61,216 bases of DNA from Octopus bimaculoides (Eukaryota). The notes under the pieces were generated by a model. That model saw only the letters and a list, made by a program, of their open reading frames with translations, had not been told where the DNA came from and ran no database searches. The stretch lies in the NCBI RefSeq assembly GCF_001194135.2, contig NC_069005.1, forward strand, positions 35,159,944-35,221,159, read 5' to 3'. The position numbers were made by a program, and so were the translations under genes. How positions within the stretch are numbered: position 1 is the first letter of the stretch; each line of letters opens with the position of its first letter. Below, in pieces: positions 1-12,800 of the stretch.

Positions 1-800
1 GGTTTCGAATCCTATTGGTGCTGGTCATCTTATTCTTTCAAATGTGCTCATTCTGATGCATTTACTATGGGACATGCATGAAGGCCACAATTCTCCCGAC
101 TCACAAATGTTTTCCCATAAAATGGAATCGCAAGATTCAAGTTTAAGTAATTGTGATTGTAACAGATACCTGTGACGTATTGGGGATTTGGCCGTACTAA
201 TAAACTTTGGTGAAAAAAACTAATCAATTAAAGAGCCTGTATGGGGGGGGGGGTCACTCGATCTGCTGGAGAAAATAACCAAATCTCCCTCAAATCACAT
301 CCTACTTTAGATTGTTGAATATTCTCTGGTGATAAAAAATATATCAGGTGGTCATGGTTGGGATCGATCATAAGTCTTGCTGAGCTTCGCTGGTTATAAG
401 CAACAACCATCTTAGCAGAGAAGCGAAAATATGGAGTAACAAGTTGAAGAAGAAATGATTAAAAGTTAGGGAGAAGAAAATAATAATCTCCCATGAAGGA
501 AAAGAATAAAAGAGGCCGAGAAGAAGAAGAATGCTTTACATGATTTATTTCCGGTCATGAAACGGTCACACCGGATGTCGTCTGATTTCACATGAGAGCT
601 TACATCCGTCCATTAACGAACAGCGAAACGGATGATGGTCAACTTAATCACGGTCAGTTATTATTATCATCATCATCATCATCATTGTCCGAAAAAGAAA
701 GAGCGCCGAGCTAAATCTCCCGATAAATTCAATTTCATAAGAAAACCATGATTAATATTAATATCGTGCCAAGTACTGTCAATTTACTTTCGAAGACTAT

Positions 801-802
<2 letters not shown>

Positions 803-849
<47 letters not shown>
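803..849. repeat. (GT)n microsatellite, representative of many (GT/CA), (TA), (CT/GA), (AAT), (GAT) and (GAG) tracts
   Basis: Read directly. Other examples: 2946-3014 (GT), 4030-4063 (GAG), 5130-5180 (CT), 27054-27130 (ATT/GTT). Confidence 0.95.
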
Positions 850-855
<6 letters not shown>

Positions 856-2117
856 GTATGTGTGTATGTATGTGTGTGTGTAATTGTAAATATGTATGTA
901 CTCTATGAGAGAGAGAGAGAGAGAGAATTGCACAATGCTGTCTTCATAAAACAAATAAAAAATGTTCTCAATGTTATGCATGTGAAGTGGTGGTTCTGGT
1001 ACGAGAGAGGCTTGGAGGGAGATTTCAGCTGGGTTGTGCTTCCAGTGACCCTCTCTTTGGTAAGGTCACATGGCTAATAATACTTTGAAGTCCCTTTCCC
1101 AGTAAACTAATCTGTGTTGGTAAGGATTATTCAGCAAATTTCGTAGTTTCGGATAAAGTCTCTTTTGCGGTGCGAAAGAGAAGAGAATCAATCAGTTTTA
1201 AGTCAATTCAATCAGTGGTAGGGTGATTGATTATTGGGGGGGGGGGGAGAAAGGTTTGTCCTTTAAGTGGTCAATTCACGTTTATTGAAACCACGTAACT
1301 AAAGAATTGAAATGGTGGACGTAAACCCTGGTCCAGTTTAACCCCAGCATCAAGTTGCTCCATAATGAGACCCACTCTGTTTTAAAGATTGGGACCAGGT
1401 TTACGGTTTGAGGACAACTTCCACCCGCCTCGAAAATCCTAATAAGGGTCAGCTGAATAAGCCGTTGGAAACAGGTAAGGGGTGGCGACAGGAAGGACAT
1501 CTGGCTGTAGAAAATTTGCCTCATCCAATTTCTACTGGTCTGTACAAGCATGGAAAAGAGTGTTGACACGACCAATGGTCCCTGTCAGGCTTTTCCTTCT
1601 TTTTCATGTGTGTGTGTGTGTGTGTGCGCGCACGCACACACACACGGACGACACTAATTAATGCTCGTGTCTAGATACGAACTTTCGACTCCCAAGGAAA
1701 TAGGTCATCATCGAGTGCTGCCGCTCCTGTGCTATTGTTTCACTAAAATAGTTGAGACCATGCTGGAGCAGTGCCATTGTCCAATCCCGCCTTATTAGAG
1801 GAGGGGGGGGGGGAGAAGAGAAATCTATGTTCGAAGCAGGAGACGTGTCGGAAGTGAGATTAGAACTGGCAAAGCTTATTTCCGTCACTTGAAGTATTTT
1901 ATCAATTTAAACTTTTCCGACAGTCATCACTGGATAAACACAATAACCACGTGGCCACAGGATCACGTGTTGTGATGTCAAGGTGAAAGTTTATTGTCGT
2001 AGCTTCATCATAAACAAGAACTGAATTTGTGATGATGATGATGATGATGATAGCGAATTTAACTGCTCACTACATTATATTCTACCACACTCTCTCTCTA
2101 CATATATATATATATGT

Positions 2118-2470
2118 GTGTGTGGTTAAGGCAGCGGACTCGCGGTCGTTGGATCGCGGTTTCGATTCCCAGATTGGGCGTCGTAAGTGTTTATGGAGCA
2201 AAAACACCTAAAAGCTCCACGAGGCTCCGGCAGGGGATGGTGGCGAACCCTGCTGTACTCTTTCACCACAACCTTCTCTCGCTCTTTCTTCCTGTTTCTG
2301 TCGCACCTGTATTTCAAAGGGGTCAGCCTTGTCACACACTGTATCACGCTGAATCTCCCTGAGAACTACATTAAGAGTACACGTGTCTGTGGAGTGCTCA
2401 GCCACTTGCACGTTAATTTCACGAGCAGGCTGTTCTGTCGATCGGATCAAATGGAACCCTCGCCGTCGTA
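2118..2470 (+). mobile_element. Full-length-looking tRNA-derived SINE
   Basis: Head GTGGTTAAGGCAGCGGACTC...GGTTTCGATTCC (A/B-box-like), a GC-richer body, and (TA)/(TG) microsatellites on both sides. Confidence 0.65.
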
Positions 2471-2942
2471 ATATATATATGTGTGTGTGTGTGTGTGTAA
2501 TACGATTTAAATTTAAATTGGACAACAAATAACCAGTACTTAAAATTCCGTGTGTGTGAGCGTGTGCGCGCGCGTGCATATATAAGCAAACATACACGAA
2601 CACGTACACATATACACACGTCTATGTCATGTCTAGCTAAAGTGAATGATGACACTTGTTGAGGTAGAAACATGTCTGCAATTGTCCTCTTGTCTGCAGT
2701 TAACAACGGGTTGTGCTTTTGTTGCTGCATGTTTATTCCGGAGAATTGTTCATTCTTTGAGATCATCTTGCCTTCTCATTGTGTTTGCTGCTTTTCTCTC
2801 GAATCGAAGAGAAATTCAAGGAATTAAGAAAACATTTGTCTTGTATGGTGTTCAATAAACATTTCTTTGTCTTTGTCATCCAGATCCATGCAACTGGCCA
2901 CTCTCCGTTATTTCTCTTTGCTGGGTTTGTGTAGATATATAC

Positions 2943-3016
<74 letters not shown>

Positions 3017-3283
3017 ATTTATTGGTTAGCATCCTTTGTTCTTGCCCACCCTCACGCTACAGGTCAGTTTGATGCAGCCTATTGTCAACTTCAACCATTA
3101 CTCCTAATGTCAACAATATGTTTCTTCCCATAACCACTCCTACCGAAATTCATATAAGATACATACCAGTAACATCTGATGTATTTTCTACAAACAAAAC
3201 CTTTCCCTACGACCATCCTGTCTTGTTATTTCTTATAAACTTCTAGTTTTTAATGTATTCTTTCTCTCTTTCCTCCGTTTCAG

Positions 3284-4374
3284 AAATATTTGATGGAGTT
3301 CGGCTACGTTAATGGCCCAAGTTTAGAGATGGAAAATTTGATGAGCGAAGAGGCTCAGGTGAAAGCAATCCGTAGATTCCAGGCTTTTGCCAATTTACCC
3401 CTCACAGGACGTCTTGACCATCGGACAATAGAATGGATGGAAAAACCTCGATGTGGAAATAAAGATACTTTACCGGAGGATACGTGGGGAAATGAGAGAA
3501 AGAAACGATACGTTATATCTGGATCCCAATGGGAGAAAACGAACCTGACGTTCAGGTGAGTAATGGCCGACGACGTCTGATGACCTCAGAGCATGTTGTC
3601 ACATAATGTCTGTAGATGTCTCATGTTTTATGTTGTCTGATGTTCTTGTTATCTAATGTTTGGTACAAACGTTCTATTTGCTACACTCACAGAGATTTAG
3701 CAAACACATTTACGCGGAACCTCGATCTCCTTGAAATAGCAACCAAATCTCACTCAAATCGCATCCTACCAATCTTGAGGGACAGGATAATGTAATTCTG
3801 GATATATTATGTCTAAATGAAAGTAAGAATGGTTACAGATACCACATCCTTGCTTGTAGGTCTGCTGGGTCAGGGCTGACCTAGGGCTCAACAACGATAT
3901 CAACCCGTTCGCTTCTGACAACAATTAAAACCGGACATTAATTAATAATTTAGAGATTCCCTCTTTATAAGTCCACCTTGGTACCGCTTTGATTCTAGTT
4001 CAAGTGTTAACAACATCAAATTCATAAGTGAGGAGGAGGAGGAGGAGGAGGAGGAGGAGGAGGGGATAATAAAGACTCAACCAGTTATATCCTGGTGTCT
4101 TGAAGTATCACTGACAGTTTGAAAAAAAGCTAACAAAAGAAACTCGGGTCTTTTGGGGCTTTTTTTTACTTTCAGAATTTTTCATTAATTTCTGAAATTT
4201 TAATCCCCCCCCCCACACACACACACTCCGTTACACTCCTCCCTCTCCTTCACATTCTCTCGTTTTTTTTTTTGTCCTCACACTCTCCCCTCCTTCTCCT
4301 CTCCTTCTCTTCCTTCTTCACCTCTTCCATTATCTTGTTGCCACACTCCTTGCCACTCACGCATCCACACATTA

Positions 4375-4416
<42 letters not shown>

Positions 4417-5127
4417 TACTTTGCATTAATTACACAGGGTAATCTCGATTACCCTACTTATATCCCCGACATTACCACTCCACCACCACCACCATCATTC
4501 AAGAGGGACACTCTGCCCTCAACCTCCAATTAGGTCCTCTCCAGTCACGTCTGTTGAAAACACTTGAAATGAACCTGTATGTGGTCGCTCAACCTGCTAG
4601 AAACAACAGCCAAATCTCCCACAAACTACACCCAGCTTCCATGAAACAGCAGATGTACCTAATAGGGTCATGTACTACTCGATACATTATAGCAGATTAA
4701 CTGAACAGGATGGTCATCACTGGAACGCCTTTGACCATAGATTTGCTCGATTAGGCCCGACTTTGGGCTAAACACTCCACTTACAACTGACCAATCAGAA
4801 TACATTTCCGGCCAACACCAATCAACATCAAACAAGGCACAATATTATAAAAGCCTCTGTGACATCGCATTTGCTGGAAAGTTTAGGCCTTGGCATTCCT
4901 GAAAATACGCAGACCCACATACACAACTACTTATCGATATCTACACCCATAAACCACAGAAGTTCTAAAACATGAAAGCATACGATGTTACAGACCATTT
5001 CACAGTGAAAGATTGTAGAAATATGTGAGTGTACTCCAGTATGGCCAGAATCGCAATCAAGTCAAGTTTTGGAAAGTCACACGATCGTGCACAGTTATGC
5101 GATGCGCTACACACGCGTATATTCAGA

Positions 5128-5184
<57 letters not shown>

Positions 5185-7280
5185 CTATCCGTCCACACAA
5201 ACAAACACACAAGAAGATTAAACGGCTGCGGTGACTATTTTTTGTGGTTCCAATTTGGCAAAGAAACTAAAGAGAAAATATTACAACGATAAACCATCAC
5301 AGATCTACAATGGAAGAAGATAAACGCTGAAGAATATAGAATGGGATTTAAGAATGCCTGGTTTTGTTGTGACGAAGTTCAGGGACAACGGCTGTAATAG
5401 CAGACACCACCACCACCACCATCATCATTGGCCCCACGGCTACAATTGTCTGAAATATGTCTATTCGCCCTTCCTTTAAGCAGAGTCGGTCCGTCTTTTT
5501 TTTTTCTGTTTCTCTTAAAAGACATGACAAAACAACTGAGAGGCCGACTGAGTTCAGTCTACACACACACACACACACACACATAGGTACGTACGTATGT
5601 ATGGATGGATGGATGGATGTGTGTATGTATGTATTTTCAGGAATGCCTATTTTGTTGCCAGTATTGTTTCCACCTCCATCCTCCTCCTATCCCTGTCTCT
5701 TGTTCAGCAGATTTTGGCAACAGAATTTAATATCACCATCACCATCACCAATTACTGCCGCAACCAAAACAATCATAACATAAGCCGCCGCCGCCACCGC
5801 CACCACCACCACTGTCTGACAGTGAAAGTAGAAAAAAATATTTGTTTTTGTTGTTGTCAGTTATAGAAAACTTGATCACCATTTATTGAACTCTATTATA
5901 TTATCGATTGATCACCGTTTATTGAATACAGTTTACCGGTGTTACATTATAATTATTATTATTTTATTATTACTATCATTATTATTATTATTAATGTTGC
6001 TGTTGTTATGATCATTATTATTATTATTATTGTTATCTGCTGCTTTCATCACATTATCATTCTTTGTCGCGCTCATAATCATTTCACACGCACACATACA
6101 TTATCTACCTACCTACCTACCTACCTACCTATCTGCCTAGTTATCTATTTGTCTGTCTGTCTGTCTACTGTATTCCTTCGGTATTGGTCTAGAGAGTGTC
6201 GGTATGACGTGACGACATTATTAACCCTGTTTTTCAGCTTAGACTCTTAATCTGTCATGAGGGAAAGTTGAGTGGGGGAATGCCGTCGTTTACTAATATC
6301 GAAGGATTGCTATGATATATATATATATGTGTGTTAGACCTACTAATTTCGCCTATCGGTTTGTTCAACTTACACACAGAGCGAGGCGCGGTTCGCCATA
6401 TAACTTGCTGAAGCTTTTTTTCTGCTCGAAAATTTCTTCAGATTTGTTTTCAGTGTTGAAAATAACGGTCTGGTAAAACTTCTCTCTCTCTCCATATATT
6501 TGTGTGTGTAGTATGTATATAGAGGTATGAATGAGTTAGCTGCTATCTTTCGAAGTTACTTCCGTTGTAAGAAATTCGCTCAAAAGTGTAGGTAGGGGCG
6601 AAGGGTAGTGATTATAAAGATGTTGTTGTGATTGTTATATTCAGGAAACATCTGCTGGATAAACGTGGAGAACTGCTCCACCGCCTCCATCACCACTACA
6701 GCAGTCATTCTTTAAACCTAAACTCTAGGCCGTTGAAGAGGTTGGCGGGGAGACGTTTGATAATACAGGGGGCGGCCCCCTCTTATATATCCGTCGACCT
6801 AAGCTATACAAAGTCACGGTTACTGTAACCTCTAGCTTCAAGACGTATTCGTATTATTGTTGTTGTTGTTACTTTACATCCGACTCCTTCTCCCCTTCTT
6901 TCACTTCAGTGTTCTCTCTCTCTCTCTCCATATTCTTTTCCATATTGATTATTACACTGTCTCCCAGAGTTTGAACAGTTTAACCGTAACATAACCTGTT
7001 ACATGTATATATTACATACATATAATATGTATATATATATATAGAGAGTTATTAATATTTCTAAGTCTCTCTAAAGGAGACTACGGCAGCGGTACTGGAA
7101 ATTAATAGTTATCGCCAAGCCAACATGGCAGTCCCAAAATTATATATATATATATATAGTGAAGTGCCAGTTTTTACATCAAATCTGGTCCTCGGAAGTA
7201 TAAATTCACGTTATCTGTAAATGTTCCGTTCTCATTCCGAAACTTTAAAATACACCCCACTTCCGGGGCCATACATACAT

Positions 7281-7330
<50 letters not shown>

Positions 7331-7348
7331 NNNNNNNNNNNNACATAC

Positions 7349-7400
<52 letters not shown>

Positions 7401-9783
7401 TCGGTAAACCTAACATAATAGAACTCAATTCATAGTGTGATGTCTGCATTTTTCTGTTCTTGTTTTTCATTGGTACAAAGTTACAGAAGTTACTCGCGAG
7501 CTAAGGTTTTGATGTTCTATCTTTGAGTTACTTTTGTAACTTTCTGCCAATTATGAATAATAATAACAATAATGTAAACACTGGTGAAATCTATTCTAGC
7601 GGTGACCATCAATCCTTTCGTTGACATTGTATATCAGCCACTACTTGGATGCCCTCTTTTTTTCATCCTGTAGTGTGTGGTTGAAGGAAGGTTGACTGTT
7701 ATTTCTAGCATGTCGAGTGACTCATAAAGGCTGCTTCCTCGTTGATTCGCGCCTAGTATGAATGTTTGAAGATGGCGCTGATGGGGATGTTGGCTTTTGA
7801 AAATTCTTCCTTCACCCCAGATTTCTATCGTCTGCAGGAATGTCAGACTTATCAAGTTACCCTCTCTTCTCATACCCGCCTTCAGTCGCGATATTTAAAA
7901 CCTTCCTACACACACACACACACACACACACACATACTGTCTTTCCCTTTCTGTCAGTCTGTTTCTCTCTCTCTCTCTCTTTCTCTCAGACACACACACA
8001 CACACACACCTATATACACATACAGTGCAAATCCCCAATTCTCACACATCGCTACAGCATATACATAAATATATAACATACACACTTCAAAATATGACAT
8101 ACAAATGCTCACATAGTGTGAGAGGCTAATTGAGTCTCACATTATACACACACAAGTACATAACACACAAATGATGGCAAAATAAGCAGTTATAAAACGG
8201 CCACAATTAAATCCTAAACGCACAGGCGTGTGTGTGTGCCTGTGTGCAATAGATGTATCGTGGCGCCAAGTGTGGCCTGGCCCTCGAAACGTACCTGGTG
8301 GCGCCTACCCACTTAATCCTACTTAAACATCTCCCAATCTTTCTTCCTCCCTCACATCACCACTTATATAACTGCTGCACTATTTCGTACTTTCTTTCAA
8401 TTTCTTTGCCGCAAGCCACCCCCGTTGGGTCTGACTCACCAGTCTGCCTCACTTCATAGCCATTCCATTTAGACAAGAGACCACAGTGAAATCCTTCACT
8501 TTCTCTTTGTGCGAAAAATTTGAAGGATGGGGGATGAGGGATGGGGTTTGCTCCTTTTGATTTCGTCGTGGCCGGCAGCGAGTTCCAGCCGAATCAGTCC
8601 ACAATATCACATCTGTTTACCCAGAAGGAATATTATTTGTGCCCATCAATTTGGGATCAAGGAAGCAGACGGGTGGAAGGGATTTCTTTCAAATATCTTC
8701 GCAACATCTCGACAACACTTCCACCATAACACTAACGGTCACTTCTACAACACCACTACAGCATTGCTATCACCACACCAACACCACCACCACCACTGCT
8801 ACAACAACTCCTACTACTACATGTAACCATTACTATCAGACCATTGACTCTATTTACTTGGCACCACCACAAGGGTACCACTACCAATACTGCTATTACA
8901 CCACTGGCGCAAATGTCGAAACACCATCCCTGTCTTATCTATTACTACTACTACTTGAAAATGTACTAAGCCAACCCTGATATTGAAACGTAAACCTACT
9001 TCCTTCACCACTGACAGCAGCTGCAGCCAGTAGTCATAGCAACCTAGAAGAAAGCAGTGACGGGACGAATGTCTTCATCCGTACCATCATTACCACCAGC
9101 AACAGCAGCAGCAGACCGTTACCATGGTGATGAAGATGGGACAAATTGTCGGGGAAACACACACACACACGCCCTGAACCTGTTGCCTTGCTTGTCCTTG
9201 TTCAGTTTGGTCGTGGTGTTCAGAGAATCATCACAACCTGCTTGAATGAGGAGAAGCGGGAAGACGTCACAGCGGAGCCGAGAAAGACAAAGGAAGAAAC
9301 GAGGGTGGGGCACGACGAATGGGAAATGCTGGGGCAAAAAAAAAAAAAAAGAGCAGGTAAAAGTTATTGGGTCATTTTTTAAACTTGATACAAAGCAAAT
9401 TTGTACTCCAGTATATAGCTGGTATCAATATGGAAACTAAGAAATGATCTCAACAGTCATTGAGTCTAAAAGTTATGTAGTCTGCTGCCCCTCATCCGCA
9501 AGTATTTTGAAGTAGATATGCTATCGTGTGATGTTCATGCCTTTCCCCTATTGGTAAGGAATAGATTTCATTTGAATCAGGATTTCTTGCCAGAAGATTC
9601 AAAACCAAGCTGTGGACAATATTTACGATGAAGTGCAACACGCACGCACACACACACACAAACACACGCAGAGGACAAATTAAAAATACAAACAGGAAAA
9701 GACAACAAAAGTCAATTAGACGTCCACAGTGAATATACAGTATATAACAGTTATATAGGAGTCTGTGTGTAAGCCTGTATGTA

Positions 9784-9850
<67 letters not shown>

Positions 9851-12800
9851 ATAGATAGATACATATGGACGGGTGACTAAAAAGTGAAAAGCAGAAGGTA
9901 ACTACGAAGTCAATTCCGGTGAATATGGTTGCTCGGGGAAACGTCTGAGTATGGAGACCGGAAGTATGGAGACAAGGTGTTGTTTGAATAGAAAGTAAGC
10001 GAAAAAGACATAAAGGATAGAAATGGGGTAGGAGAGAAAGTGAGGCGTTAAGGGTAATTGGACGAGAAGTAGGAAGGAAGAGCTCAGCTTGACAGAACCA
10101 TATAGCTAGATATGTATTTGTAAAAGAGATGGACGAAAATATGGAAGAATGACCGATCGTATTTGCTTGTGAAATAATTTAGTAGTTTTCTTGTAAAATA
10201 GTTATTAAATTCTATAGTTTTAGGTGCCTAGTCCTTGAATGTCGACCTATAAGCATCTAGTAAGGAGTTGGGAAACAACTGAAGAAGTTACCACCTTTAT
10301 TTTTAATATGTCTGTGACGTTAGAGCAACCATTCTAATTGGCCGAGATGCCATAACAGTTCACTTAAGTAGCAGACAGCGATCGAAGGTCATTGAATATA
10401 GCAGAAGCTTACTTTCTTGGCGAGAACCACGATATTTTATCTCAACATCGTTGTACATTTGTTGCTTTTGTTCCTGTGTTTAACCTTCTGGTGTTGCTTT
10501 AAAAGAAAAAAAAATGTCCTCGTTGTTGTACTTGTTGCCACGTGATATCAACCATTTTGTATGAAGGAGTCAAATTGTCCTTTCAAGCCTGCTTTGTTAT
10601 TTGATAAAGTGCTTTACATAAAAAAAATTGCTGCTTTTTTTTTTTAAAACCAAGTAAACAGGGGAAATAATTCCCATGGGCTAAAACTCTTCCCAGTTAA
10701 TATCACGTGATATATTCAAATATTATATCATGTGAAATCTACCCCTTTACTTTGACAGTCAAACACGACATCACACCTCTGCTTGTTAGAATTTTGAACC
10801 GTAAGTCTATTCTGACTCCACCTCCAACTACACACATTGCTGTCTTGTTAATTGACGGGCCAACACACGAGCATTTTTTAGGGTTTCGGAGATTCTTGAG
10901 GTGGAGTTCTTAGTCTGGAAACCAAATGCTTGCAACAGAATGGACTCTGCTTAAGACGGCCCAACGGCCTAGTGGAGGGCATCGAACCAGAGACAGATCG
11001 TGTTTGCCTCCAATCCTTTCCCTGAGTGGACTCTACGGAGGACACACAGTGACCAGGACTGACTGTGCCCACCATTGAAATATGTCTGTTGTATTAAGGT
11101 TCTAGTAACCAGGTCTCGGCCGACCTCGCTTGGCTTTCAACACTTCTAACACGTATGAAGATACACATATATACACACTCACGTAAACACACACACACAG
11201 AGGTAGTGACACAGCTATATTTAAGGAAATGCACATAGACAAACACACACACACACATATGTATATATACACACACACGATAAAGTGGGGGAGGAGCGAG
11301 CAAAGAAGGAAGAAGCTGACATTGGTGGTGTTTGATTGGTGTAATTAACGTTCGTGCGGTGGTTTATATGTGTGAGTGTATATATACTTTTATTTATATA
11401 TATATATATTTGTCCGTGTATATCTGCTTGTGTGTATAATATTGCCTGAGGATCTCGAGTACGAAAAACAGTCCAAACTTTGAATAAATCGTTTCCCTTT
11501 TTTCTCTCAAAGCATTGAAGACATTTTCTCGCTTGATTGTATTCTACACCAGTGTAATACTACCAGCCAATGTGTATATGTATATACATGTGTGTATGCA
11601 TGGGTATGTAATGGGTGGGAGTGAGGGCTGAAAGTTTGTTTTTCTCGTGAGATACTAAAACGTTAAGTTTCATACAAGAACTGTTAAAAATGCAAGATTG
11701 GTTGTGGGGTAAGATAGGGCGTGGTTCTCTTTGGAGAATTATTTCGGTGGGTAGGAACTTATTATGTCAAGGAAGAAAAATGTCCATTTGTGTGTCGTTT
11801 CTCTCTTTAAATGTTTCCAGTTTTTAAGGACCATTTCAAAGGAGTAATGCATCTATTAGTATTGTTCTTATTATTTACCGTTTCCCAACTCGTCTCGGGT
11901 TATTAAAACTACGAAGATGCTGTAGCAATGATTTCATCCTAAGATTATTGAAATAATAAATCATTTTCTGGTTTCTCAAATCCCAGTTGTTTTATGAATC
12001 CCTATCATCTTACTCGCCACATCAAACAGATTTATGAAATATGTATTCCAGTAACTTCATCTTCTAAAATAGGTTTTCTCTGAAAACGTTTACAAACGAA
12101 GTATCAAGACAGGAGGAAGAAATGGAGGAAAGAAACAAAGTTATTAAAATGTATTCATTTCCAAGAGAGTCATTTTATGTTGTTTAGGCCGGCAAGTGGG
12201 TTACTGTGCCACTTTGATGTGTCGTAGTTTGTTTCTGACATGGTTAACCCAAAATACATTTGCAAAACTAAATAAACGTTACAGGAATAAACTTCCAGCA
12301 ATTCTTTAAAATGTTGAATTCACTAAAAGTGATTGACATCATGTGACTTTGCCGGGTCAGAGATCACAATGTCGGACTTGGGGAGAGTCATAGGTTACAA
12401 TTTATGGTTTATTAATGTCACAAGTTAAGACTTATCGCTAATAAGAGAGGGAGAGAGAGAAAGGGTGAAGGAAGCGAGAGATTCTAGCTATACTTTGCTG
12501 ACGAGGCCTAATAACGTTCAAACACGTCCAGAGTTGTGGCTCTTGTTACCAAAGTCTCCTCTACTACATTCCTTAAGCTCTATTTCCAAATGAGTTGCCG
12601 TCCTTGTTTCACTAGAATTTTTCATTAACTTCTAATTGTGTACTTTTAGTTAATTAGAAGAACTGGAGCCCTTACATTAATTAATAAGGGTCGACCTTGA
12701 AATGTGAAGGTTGCTTGAAAGGGTGGAAGGAGGAGGAGTGGCGGTGACGGGGCAGGGGAGAAATTAAGTCTGTGACAGAGTCGCCACAAGTTTTGGAAAC

